A stretch of 64,000 nt of DNA, from NCBI RefSeq assembly GCF_009914755.1, contig NC_060937.1. The stretch is one strand, 5' to 3'. Below the pieces are notes generated by a model. That model saw nothing but the letters and a program-made list of their open reading frames with translations. It did no database searches and was not told the DNA's origin. This document shows positions 27,250 to 40,595 of this stretch, piece after piece. Made by a program: the position numbers and the translations under genes. The number at the start of each line of letters is the position of its first letter. Positions within the stretch are counted from its first letter, which is position 1. Source of the stretch: the human T2T-CHM13v2.0 reference genome, Homo sapiens.

Positions 27250-28440
27250 GGAAGACAAGGCTAAGAAAATGGACAGACTCTAAACAGATCATAAAAGACC
27301 ACGAGTGTATTCCTTAGGACTGTGGACCTTCATTTATAGGTAATGGGGAGACATTGCATGTTTTTAAGAAAAGGAATTAGAGGACTATACATATTTTTGA
27401 AAAATAACAGGTAGCAGTGGTCTGAGACTAGAGGTGAGAATTTAGTTAAAGGCTATTGCAGAGGTAACAGAAGATGAATTGCTGCACCACAGCAGTGCCA
27501 TGCAGATCCCAGAGGGAAGGAGATTGTGAGAAAAACTGCTTGTAGGGGAGATTCCCAGGAGAGACCCTCTGAAACTGTGCAGCATAGGTCTGGGAGAGAG
27601 GAATGTTTTGGAGTTTTCTGGCGTTCTGAGATAGAGTTTTTGCAAATAGAATCAACAGGTTTTGGTCCCTAACTGTAATAGAGAAGTAAGCAGGAATTAG
27701 CATTGGACCTCAGGGTAAGCAGGAAGATGATGGTGTCTCCTTAAGAAGTAGAAGCTGAAGAGCTTGGGGGCATTTGATTTTGCTGTGCTGGGATTCCTAG
27801 ACTCAGTGGGGAGATAAGGCTAGAGAGGTCAGGCTGGTAAATAAAATTATAGGCCTAGAGTTCAAGAGACAGCTCTGAGCTGGAGATAGTTTCATGACCA
27901 ATAGTTGTATAAGTAGTTATGGAAGTCACATGAATGAATGAGATGATGCTGGAAGAACGGGTTGGGTTTCTGAAAGGAGGGGCTAAGAACAGAACCCAGG
28001 AAGATTCTGAAGTCAAGGGAGAGAGGTCAAAGAGGCAGGCAAGCAAAGATGCCAAGAAGCAACCTCCAGGGAGGCAGGAGATGCATCCCAAGAGAGCAGC
28101 TTGGGATGTGCCCAGGGACAAGATTGTCTCAAGGAAGAGGGGATGTCAATGGGTTATAACCCTGCAGAGCTGAGCCTAGGGAACCACGTGGGGACCTGTG
28201 CCCCTGCAGATCCTGATTACGTATGTCTGGGGAGGGCTGATGAGCCTACCTCCCACAAGCTCCCAGGTGATGCTGACGACACCAGTATGCAAGCCGAACT
28301 GGGAGTGGTAGGGCCAGAGGGAATTGTGTTGGATGAGGGTGGAAAAAGAGAATTGGAAACCCGAAGCTTCATGAATGTAGCAGCTATACATGTCGTATTT
28401 TGTTAGATTAAGGAGAGAATCTGAGGTATTGACTAAGGCA
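27250..28440 (-). mobile_element. L2 fragment (interrupted by MER5 at ~28165-28315)
   Basis: ggactgtggaccttcatttataggtaatggggagacattgcatgtttttaag...aggctattgcag...gagttcaagagacagctctgagctggagata. Confidence 0.7.
28165..28315. mobile_element. MER5-type MITE
   Basis: cagatcctgatt..gtctggggaggg...cacaagctcccaggtgatgctga. Confidence 0.6.
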
Positions 28441-28475
28441 AATGACTTTGGACTACTTTTAAGAATTTGAGCTTA

Positions 28476-28765
28476 GCTTCATATATTTCGCAGACGCTGA
28501 ATTTGGTGGATCAGCTGGCACCACCCAGATGGATAAACTGGCTCATATGATCTTGTGGCCCCCATCCAGGAACTGACTCGGTACAAGAAGACAGCTTCAA
28601 CTCTCTATGATTTCATCTCTGACCTGAGCAATCAGCACTCCCGGCTCATCAGCTTCCCCCGGCCCACCAAGCTGTCCTTAAACTCTCTGATCCTCGAATG
28701 GAATGTTCGGGGAGACTGATTTGCATAACATTAAAACTCTAGTCTCCTGCAAAAAAAAAAAAAAA
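28476..28765 (+). mobile_element. LTR8 (ERV1) U3-R fragment with poly(A) tail and TSD: L1-retroposed processed copy
   Basis: ggatcagctggcaccacccagatggataaactggctcat..atcttgtggcccccatccaggaactgactc...ggggagactgatttg; ATTAAA 28730-28735; poly(A) from 28751; TSD aagaatttgagctta / aagaatttggggtta. Confidence 0.85.
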
Positions 28766-28944
28766 AGAATTTGGGGTTAAAGTTGAGAGCAAAACACATC
28801 CATGTGAAAATCCTGTCCAAAGAAAATTTGCTCTAAGACCTGAGGACACATCTGCATGTTTTGCAGCTTGCGGGAAAAGAGCCAGAGAAGAAGTGAGGAA
28901 AGGACAAGGACCACACAGCCCAGGATAGCTACACACAAGAACAC

Positions 28945-29912
<968 letters not shown>

Positions 29913-30947
29913 TAGTAAGAATAAAGCATATAGAAACATTTCTCTCCCTTAAGAAAACAAGTGCGGATACATGGCAAAGTCCCAGGTGTTGTGAGTGGTG
30001 GAGGCAGGAGGGTCAGGGGAGTCTAGGTGCAGTTGTGGTGGAGTCTGTGGGGCGGCGGGAGATGGGTACATAGAGATCAGCTGGGAGGTGACACTTTAAG
30101 GCAGTGAAAGACTGCAAAGTGCAAGAGCTACTGCCTTCTCCCTGAGATGGTGGGGGGCAGCTGCTGAGAAAAAAAAAATTTGGATCTTGAAGACTGGGCA
30201 AAGTATGGAGTCGGCTTTGTGGGGCAAGGAAATGCTAATTGACTAAGCTTGTCCTGAGCTGCAGGGGCAGCTGGAAATGTGAACAGTCAGGAAGATCACG
30301 GAGCCTAGTGACAGCACCTGAATGGCATTGGGCTTGACTAACACGTCACGACACTAAAATTAGCAGGTGGCATCCTAGCAAGACAGCCTGAGGTCCTGGG
30401 AGCTGGCACATTCGGAAATCCCATGGTCAGGTGTCTGGTGTCAAGAGGATTTTGCAGAAGGGTGAAAAGTCTGGACTCAGAGTTGCATTCCTTGGAAGGA
30501 CTGCATGAAAAGAAAGGCTTAGAGGACTGGAATTCAGATACAAAATAGTTCAGGAGCAGCAAACAACATAGGACCTAGTTATTTTACTTGAGGGAAAGAC
30601 AGAGGCTTGTCCACCCAAATAAATCTGTAACTCTTAACTACACTGGGAGGAGTGTTCCAAGCAGGAATAGAAGCAGGTGAACTTGGGTAGGCTCCTTCCC
30701 ACCTCCCGGGCTGAAATCAGATTTGTGGTCAGAGCTATAGAGAATGCCTGAACAGCTCAGCTGAGGGGAAGGAAGTCTACAGGATTATGGACCTAGATCA
30801 ACCACAATAACCGCGCAATTCTTTGCCTGTTTAAAATGGCATTTTTTTCTCTCACTTTAGTAAGTGTAAAGCTTTTGAAACCCTTTATCTAATTTAGCCT
30901 GAACCAATGCTGACATCCGGGATAATTGCTACCTTGCATTTTAAGGA

Positions 30948-31409
30948 TATATCAGTTTCTTATTGCTGCTATTTACTACAGGTGTCTTACAATTCTGCAG
31001 GTCAGAGTCCAAAAGGGGTCTCACTGGGCTAAAATCAAGGTATTGCAAGTCCTCATTCCTCAGCTCATGGCCAGGTGCCATCATCATAGTCAGCAGTGGC
31101 TGCTTAGCCATTCACAGCCTCCCTCTAACACTGACCCTCCTGCCTGCCCCTTTCACTTATAAAGGCCCTTATAGGTCTTTATAGATCAGCTGATGAGCAA
31201 CGAAGGCTATCTTGAGATAGGAACTTGGACTTGTGGGGTGGTTCTCTCCAGCTCCCACTGAAGGAGGCTCCTATCTCAAGATCAGCTGATAAGCAACTTC
31301 AGCTCCATTGGCAGCCTTAATTCCCCTTGCCATGAGACATAACTTAATCACATGTCCCAGAGACAGAATCGGCTCAGAATCCCTGGGGTCCATTATTCTG
31401 CCCACCACA
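30948..31409 (-). mobile_element. MLT1D-like MaLR LTR with internal rearrangement
   Basis: tcttacaattctgcaggtcagagtcc...ctcactgggctaaaatcaagg...atcagctgataagcaac...ccattattctgcccaccaca. Confidence 0.8.
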
Positions 31410-31421
31410 AAGGTGGCAAGG

Positions 31422-31499
31422 AATATATATATATGATGTATATGAATATATATGTACATACATATACATATATACATTTATATTATATATATATATATG
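31422..31499. repeat. (TA)n-rich low-complexity tract
   Basis: Direct reading. Confidence 0.9.
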
Positions 31500-31599
31500 A
31501 AGGAAATTTTATCAGAATGGGAACAATGCAAACATTTCCAGAATATAATAGAATGTAAGCTCTGATATTGTGATACTAAAATGATGAGTTTGTAAGTTT

Positions 31600-31705
31600 G
31601 AATCTCCTGCTAGACTCTGAGCTCTTTGAGGGCATGGACTCTTGTTTTATCTTTGCATTTCTAATGCAAAGATAGGAGCTCAATGAATGTTGCAGAAATT
31701 AAAGG
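31600..31705 (+). mobile_element. L2 3' end
   Basis: ctagactctgagctctttgagggcatggact...taggagctcaatgaatgttg. Confidence 0.65.
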
Positions 31706-32058
31706 AAACAATACATTTGTTAAAAGTTTATTTTCATATTATAAAGGTACAGATTACAGGTCAACCAAGGATACATTTATTGAGTGAAAGGTCATAAACC
31801 ATGCACATGTTCTCAAGAGATGTTTGTTGAGAAAATAAGTTAACAAATGAATGAATGAAGATTACATTTTAGCTGAGGATTTCAACATAACCTACTCCAA
31901 AAATTTTGCTGGAGGGGCTGTCTATGAAGAACAGATGTTAAGGACAAGATGGAAGAGTCCAGAGAAGAGAAGAGCTAAATTTTTGTCAGTGATGTGGGAT
32001 GTGTTACAGTCTTGAAAGGCTACAGAGTTTAGATACTGCTATAAAAAGGGGAGGTATG

Positions 32059-32409
<351 letters not shown>

Positions 32410-32643
32410 TTAATAATTATCTGTTTCTCTGTACCTACAGCTTTGACTAGGAGTAGTACCATTCTAAGCATTTTATGTATATTGAATCATTTACTATTTA
32501 CCACAACTATGTAAGGTGAATATGATTACACCTACTTTAACCTATCAGGAAACTGAGGCACATAGAAGTTATTCAGGGGTCATAGCTTATAGGTCATAAA
32601 GCCAAATAAATGCTTTTTTAACCGCAATGTTATGCTACCTCTG
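32410..32643 (-). mobile_element. MIR
   Basis: ttctaagcattttatgtatattgaatcattta...caggaaactgaggcacatagaagtt. Confidence 0.7.
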
Positions 32644-33689
32644 AACTAAATTTTGCATTGTAGAAAGAAGAAGGAAATAGAATTGCATACAACTGGTGGG
32701 CCCAAGTTAGGAATGGATTGAAAATTAGGCAGAGAAAATGGAACATGGTTGCTGAGGCACTATGAATCCATGATGCAATCTTCAGAACAGAGTGACCTGG
32801 TTAAACCTTGTTTGAGGAAGATAGCTGCAAAAATATTGAGGGTGGCTTTGAGGGGAGATACATGAATGGCAAGAATGCCAGCCAGGAAACAATACGGGCA
32901 GGAGGAGATTAGAGGTGACAGAATGGAGAGGAAATGTCTAATTTGAGGTCAACTTCAGAGGAAGAAATAATAGCAATTGTTGGCAGAGAAAAAAGATAAC
33001 AAGCGATGTGCCGGGTAGAACCTCAAGGCAAGGTCTCTAGCCTGGCAGCTGAGCGGATGAGAAGTCCACTAAATTTCAGTGCACAATAGAAGCATTTTCT
33101 CTTTCTTCCCAGAAAGGGTTAGGGACATGAAGTGTAATAGAGAGAAATGTCTAACCTGCCTCTTGGTTATAATATCTATCACGCAATTCCATAGCTCCCA
33201 TCTTGAGCATCTCAAGCTTGCAGCTGATCTATTTGAATTCGGGGCTACAGAGGCAAACTCTGAAGTGCTGACCTTCAAGAGGCTTTCCAAGGAAGGGGAG
33301 AGCTTTGACCACAACCTTTGATTTCAGATCATAGATTTATTTTTAATACATGGAAAGTGGAAATTCTAATCTTCTGAGTTGGAAGGTGACCCATACTTCC
33401 CTTTCTACTTAATCTTGTTTATCCCTTGCTCTGAGCTACTTCTTTCTTAATGCTTCCTGCTTTAGACTTACTTACAAAATATCACACTGATATATCCTGA
33501 CCCTCATATGACTCATTCCACTCGAAAAACTGGTTCTGAGAAGTACATGTACTTTACAAGTTATTATGAACCGTAACAGATCCTAGGGGATTCAATTCTG
33601 CATTCACTTATGAGGTGAGTCTGCAAAGTTCAATGTGAAATCCTGGTAGGGATACAGAAAGAGCTCTAGCAGGGTTCTGTATTCCAGGA

Positions 33690-34280
33690 GCTGGCATTCT
33701 TGTGGGGCAGATAGAGACAGATAGAAGATGCTGCATACGCAAAAGAAACTGGACTGGCAGGAACTAACTGGGATAAGATCTCAGAGGAAGAACAAACGTG
33801 GGACCAGGAAGGGGCTCGGGGAAAATTTCAGAGAAGGGTCTAAGATGGAGCTGAAACCTAAAGAATGAACAAGCTTTGATTAGGCGGCATAAGCCTTCCC
33901 TGCTGGTGGAATAAAATAAAGTCCTGAGAGTGAATGCATTATGCTAAACATCTGGTGGCGAGGTCTAGCTGGGCCACAGAGTGCATCAGGAGTTGAGGTA
34001 GAAGCTAAGGCTAAGGACCTAGGCTAAGGCTTGGCCGTGGGGCATCCATGCCATGATAATATGTTTGGAATTTATCATGCCCATTTTCTGGAGCCATTCG
34101 AAGGAGTTTAAGGATGTGGGTTATGTGACCATGATTTGAGGAATAATCTTACTTGCAGAGCTAAGAGATTAGAGGCAACGAGACCAGTTAAAGGTCTGTC
34201 GCACTGAGCTTTGCAGTCTTCCTCTGAGAAGGATGGATGAAGGCCCAGGCAAAGAAGAGCAAGGCACAATGAGAAGGAGG
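33690..34280 (-). mobile_element. L2 fragment
   Basis: ggagctgaaacctaaagaatga...atgtttggaatttatc...ggagccattcgaaggagtttaag...gaggcaacgagaccagttaaagg. Confidence 0.6.
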
Positions 34281-35366
34281 GGAGGATCAGTGGGGGTCTT
34301 AGCACCACAGGAAAGAAGCAGGTTTACAAATCCTAAAATATTTCTATACCCCACTGCAAAGAAGAACAAGTATATCTCCAACCATGTACCTCCAAGTGAT
34401 GGGAGAGACCTCTGCCCCTTTGCTTGGCTGAGACCCTGCCCAACTAGCAAAGTCGCTGCTTTGATCATGGCCACATAGGCTTTCAGAATTCTAAAGTTCT
34501 TTTCTTCTTCTTCAGGAAGCTGATGTAGTAAATTAAGAAACACAAATGTTCTTTAATTGCACCCAAAATAAATACACATGCAATCAACAATTGGAGAATG
34601 GAATTGTTTTTGCAAGCATACAGAAGCGTTTACCAAAATGGAAAATATGTTGTGCCAAAATATGCTTCAAAACATTGAAATCACCAAGATTATCTGATGT
34701 GGCCATGGTGGAATACAGCTAGAAATCAATAAAAATCTAACCAGGAAATTCCAAATACTGGGAATTAACTAATGACCTTGTAGGAAACTCATGAGTCAAA
34801 GAAGTCATCCCAAGGGGAATTATAAAATATTTTTTATTAAATGATAATGAAAATACAACATAATAAAACTTCAGGGGTGAAGTGAAAACTGTTCTTAGGA
34901 TGTTTATAGCCTTAAATTTATATATTGCACACACATAACAAGGCAAAATCTTAAATAACCTCTGTAACTTGGAAACCCAAACTCATTAAATCTTAAGAAA
35001 AGAAATAATAGAGATAATAGAAAAATTATTAAAATGAAAACTATGCAAAAGAGATAGTAAATAAAAAAGTTAGTTTTCTCAATGTATTAATAAAATTGGC
35101 ATGTCCCTGACAAGATTGAGGAGTAAGAGAGAGATAAAGAGAAGAAAAATATTACCAAAATTAGGAATGAAAAGAGAACATCATTGTGGACCTTACAGAC
35201 ATGGAAAATATTGCAAGAGATAATATATACAACCCTTATACCAAGAAGTTTAAACATTTGTAGAAAAAGGATAAATTTCTTGGGGAACACAGCCTACTAA
35301 AATGAAAATGAAAATAAACAGAAAATTTGAGAAGCCCTAAGTGTTACAAATAAATATACTACCTTG

Positions 35367-35412
<46 letters not shown>
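35367..35412. repeat. (CA)n microsatellite (18 uninterrupted units)
   Basis: Direct reading. Confidence 0.96.
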
Positions 35413-35413
<1 letters not shown>

Positions 35414-37067
35414 TAAAGCCATGATGCTTCACTGGTAAAATTTTCCAAACATTTGAGAAAGAAAAAAGACACTAATCTTACACAAAGTATCCTGAATAAC
35501 AGAAATATAGGAAGTACTTACAACTTTTTGTGATATTAGAAAAGTCATAATACCAAAGTTGGATGAAGAGATTACAAAAAAGGAACATTATAGGCCATCT
35601 CTTTTATATAGATGTAAAATTCCTGAACAAAATATTCAAAAAACAAATCAGTCAATGTATGAAATGTATAATCCATCAAACTAAGTTGGGATTTATTCCT
35701 GAAGTGCAAGTTTGGTTTAGCATATGTAGTTGGTTGTATTTATTGTCTCTTGCAAAATCAGTAATTGTAATTCACTGCATTAAAAAAAAATCAGGTAATT
35801 TTAATATACAAAAATAAATTGCTTGATAAAATTCAACATGTATGTATGATGTAAAAGATAACTAGGAATAAAAGAAAACTTCCTTGATCTGATGAGGATG
35901 ATCTATAGTAAAACCTACCGAAATTATCATTTTTTATTATAAATTACTTAACTATTTACCTTGAGATCAGTCATGAGAAAAGAAGCCTGGCATCACCACT
36001 TCTACTGAATTGTTCTACTTGAGTTTCTAGACAGAACTTTAAGAAAAGAAAATGTGTGAGGATTAGACAAGAAATAAAACTGTATTTATGCACAGACAAC
36101 ACGACTAAACGTGTAGAAAATCAAACTACAGATAAACTACTAAAATGATGTGCCAATTCAGCAAGTCTACTTGTAACAAAGTTAACATACAAAAAACTAT
36201 TGCATTTCTATAAAGCAGCAATAAACAAATAGGATAAGATATATAAAAGATATAAAATATACTAGCATCAAAAAGATATCAACAAGGAATTAATCTAACA
36301 AATGTAACCAACTTGAAAATTTTATAGACAAAAATTAGAGAATACATAAATAAGGAGATATTCTGGGTATATAACTGTATCTGTAGATATAACTGTATAT
36401 TATATATCATATATATGTATATATAGCTGTATATTATATAATATACTGTATTTTTTCAATAAATGCTACAGAAATAATGGAATGTCCATGTTTTACAAAT
36501 ACATTTTGACTCCTACCTCATACCATACACGAAAATCAATTCCAAATGGGTTGAAGATCTAACATGAAATGTAAAGAATCTTTATGACCTTAGGGTGAGC
36601 AAAGATTTCTGAAACAGAATGCAAAATATGCTGTCCAGAAAGGGGAAAAAAGATAAATTATCCTTTATTAAAATCAAGAACTACTGTTTATCAAAATCAC
36701 CATAAAGAAAGGGAAAATGCAAACCGCAAAGAAGTTAAAGATTTTGCAATACATGCAACTGTAATACGTATGTCTAACATGAGGCTTGTAGTCAGAAAAA
36801 TCAAGAATTCCTACATACTTTTACGAAAAAAGATGTTAAAAGAACCCCAAAAAAGCCAAGAACTGAAAAGCTATTTCACAGAAGAGTCTATTCAAGTAAC
36901 CAGAAAGTATATGAGAAGGTACGCAAACTCAGCAGGGAAATGCAAATAAAATTAAAGAAGATAGCATTACACATTCACCAGAGTGGGTACAATTATAAAA
37001 AGTAGAGAAGAAAGAAGAGAGGAAGACAGAACAGACAGCCAGAGATGGAAAGAATAAAAGAAAGATA

Positions 37068-37559
<492 letters not shown>

Positions 37560-38032
37560 TTACAATGCTCTTACCTGAAATACATATAAATGTGCACCAC
37601 AGACTAAATATGCACCAAAATAGCAATACTATTTGTAGTAGTCCCAAATTGAAAACAACCATTATGTCCTTCAATCATGAAATGGATACACTGTGATATA
37701 TTCACACAGTGGAATACTATTTAATCAATGAAAATGAATAAAATGTAGCTATACCTAACACCATGGATGAAATGTATGACATAATGATAATCAAAAGGGG
37801 TCAGAAACAAAACAGTACATGGCATGATTTCTTCTTTATAAATTCCAAAATCAGTAAACTAATCTATGTTGATAGAAATAAAGGGAGTGGGACCCTCTGG
37901 GAAGGCGGGGGTGATCAGTCTGTACACGTGTGTGCACATTTCTGAGTGTATATTTTATGTCAATAAAAAGTTTTAAAACCTCTTATAAAAATTTACAGAA
38001 GACAAGAAAAAGGCTGTGGATACAGAGCACGT

Positions 38033-38274
38033 CATCTGTCTGTCCATCTGTCTGTCTATCTGTCTGTCTGTCTGCCTGTGTATATGTCTGTCTATCTATC
38101 TGTATATCTATCATCTATCTATCCATCTATCTATCATCTATCTATGTATCTATCAGTCTATCATCTATCAATCTATGTATCTATCAATCATCCATCTATC
38201 TCTCCTGTCTACCTATCATCTATCAATTCATCTATCATTTATCAATCAATCTACCTCTTTATCATCTATAAATC
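38033..38274. repeat. Compound (TCTG)n/(TCTA)n/(TCA) tetranucleotide repeat
   Basis: Direct reading. Confidence 0.93.
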
Positions 38275-38699
38275 TATATTTGTTTCCTAGTGCTGCCCTA
38301 ACTATGTACCACAAACTGGGTAGATTAAGCAGGAGAAACTTGTTGTCTCACAGTTCTGGAGTCGAGAAGTCAGAAGTCAAGAGGTCAGCTGTCTGAAAGT
38401 TGTGTGGGAGAAAATGCTCCATGCCTGCCACTCAGTCTCTGGTAATCTGCTAGCAATCTTTGGTGTTCCTTGGCTTCTGCTTCATCACCCTAATATCTGC
38501 CATCATCTACATATGACATTCTCTGTGTGTGTGTACGTGTGTTCAAATTTTCCTCCTTTTGAAGGATGCCAGTGATATTGAATCAGAGCCAACACTAATG
38601 ACCTCATCTTACCTTGACTACATCTGCAAAGACTCCATTTCCAAACAAGGTCAGATTGTGAAACTCTGGGATTAGGGGAACATAATTCAACACATAACA
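38275..38699 (-). mobile_element. MLT1B/C MaLR LTR
   Basis: gtttcctagtgctgcc..aactatgtaccacaaactggg...gtctcacagttctgga...catctgcaaagactccatttccaaacaaggtca...aattcaacacataaca. Confidence 0.85.
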
Positions 38700-39479
38700 C
38701 TATCTATCTATGTCTATACACACACACTATCTATCTATGTCCGTGTACATGTGCATGACCATAAAAATACTTGGAATCCTTTAATAAAATCCTGCCTTTT
38801 GATCAAAGTTTGCTCTTGGAAAATACAATTTTATTCTAACACCTAGAGGAAAATTTTTATAGCTCACTCCAAAGTACATATTCAGTTTGTATTTAACACA
38901 TAATCTGGGACAATAAAAAATGCAGCCTTGATAACTTGGCTCTAGATGTATGACTAAAACACTGAAAATGGTCCAACATCATTTTTAGGTAGTAATTATT
39001 GGACCTTAATGAAAAATCACTCAATGGAGAAAATGGTGTTAATAGTATGAGTTACAATTAGATTAAATTGCTGTTTCATGCAGTTATATAGTGAAATGTC
39101 AGGTGTTCTTGTAATTTAAGAAAATACAGTTAGAATTAATGCTATAAAAGAGTAACAGGCAATGACAATTTCTGATTCGTGTCTGCAGGGGCTTGAGGTG
39201 ATAGGAACTAAGTTCTTGCCCTCTGTTGGCCCCTTTGTGCTGTAGTCAAGGGGGCAGCACTGGCCCCCTCCTGCCTGGCATCTCACCCAGGAGAAGAGCT
39301 GAGCAGAGCAGTGTCACCTTTATCCCACTCTTAGCAAAACATCGTGATGTGCTTGTACTGTGAACAGTGAGTCAGGAACATGCTTAGATAGGATGCAGAT
39401 CAATCACACTCTCATCTGCATGGTGCTTTGGAGAGAGCAAAGTCTTCTCATGTGTTTTGAACATTCTTTGGATTTAGTA

Positions 39480-39635
39480 AGGCAACTATAACTACTCCTC
39501 TATTAAACAGATAAGGTTAGGGACACACCTGCCTCCCTGGGTGCCCATCAGATTTAAATGTGGTAATTCCTGGTAAGTGCTAAGCACCATACTTGGCACA
39601 CAGAAAGCGCTTGACATATACAGCTTTATTTATTA
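39480..39635 (+). mobile_element. MIR fragment
   Basis: gatttaaatg...taagtgctaagcaccatacttggcacacagaaagcgcttgacatatacagct. Confidence 0.6.
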
Positions 39636-40210
39636 GAATAAGTTTTATAATGAGTTTTAATGTTATTGCCTCTGCAAGATCATAAGGCTTAAAACATTCT
39701 GAGGAAGCACTTGACCTAAGGTCATCAGACTTCAATGTCATTTCAGATTGCCTTGAAACATGAAAAACAACTACGCTGCAGCAAGGGATGAAAAATCCTG
39801 AGTCACCAAAGGTCAAGTCTTGGTAAACAATATCATGGCTTCAATGCCAATTCCTGTCAACCAGCAAGATTCACTGTTATGTGAGTGCCTTTTTGAGATA
39901 GATGAGAATAAAAATCTGGTTGTCACTCTAATTTCTAAGAAAATCCCAGCCTGGGCTCGCTAAATGGGAAACACAGCAATAGGTTTCCACTAACACGGTG
40001 TCCCCATTTGTCCTCGAGGTTCATGGCAGGAAGCAAATCAGACACCTGGCCCAGTCGCCTCTCTGATAAGGAGTGGGAGAGAATGCCAGCCATGCATTTC
40101 GCGACTCTCCCTCTGCTCGTTCCCAGAAGCACACATTGAAGCTTCCTTTCCAGGGAAAGAAAAAGGCCACATTTCTGGGGAAAAAAAAAAAACTTGAAAA
40201 ATAACCAAGC

Positions 40211-40595
40211 ACTCGCTGCACATAAAACAGCTGCTGCGTGCAGACCACTTGGTGCAGCCACGACGCGGGGGAGAGTGAAGACGGGCAATTCCGGGGCGGT
40301 CGTGTCATCTTTCTGGGTGAGTACACACGTGACACCGAGAGAAGAGAAAGTGGTTTCCCAGGTTGGCGGCACCAGCACGTTGCCAGGCAATGAGCCAAGA
40401 CCGAGGGCTCAGACAAAAGACAGAGCGGCCGAGTGGGCTCAGCGGACACACAGCGCAGAGCCAGCTGCTGGCTGGGAGGACGCCCTGCAGCCTCGCAGGG
40501 AACGTGGGCTCCGGCTTCCAGAGGGCAGCGCCATTCGCTCACAGACGGCCAGGAGACCCTCCCTGTGCAGGCAATGCCGGGTGAGGCATCGCTCC
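40211..40595. promoter_or_regulatory. Small CpG-island-like unique segment; candidate promoter/enhancer
   Basis: About 27 CpG in 385 bp by hand count, GC-rich, non-repetitive; E-box cacgtgac 40326-40333; GC box ggggcgg; strong splice donor at 40317. Confidence 0.5.
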
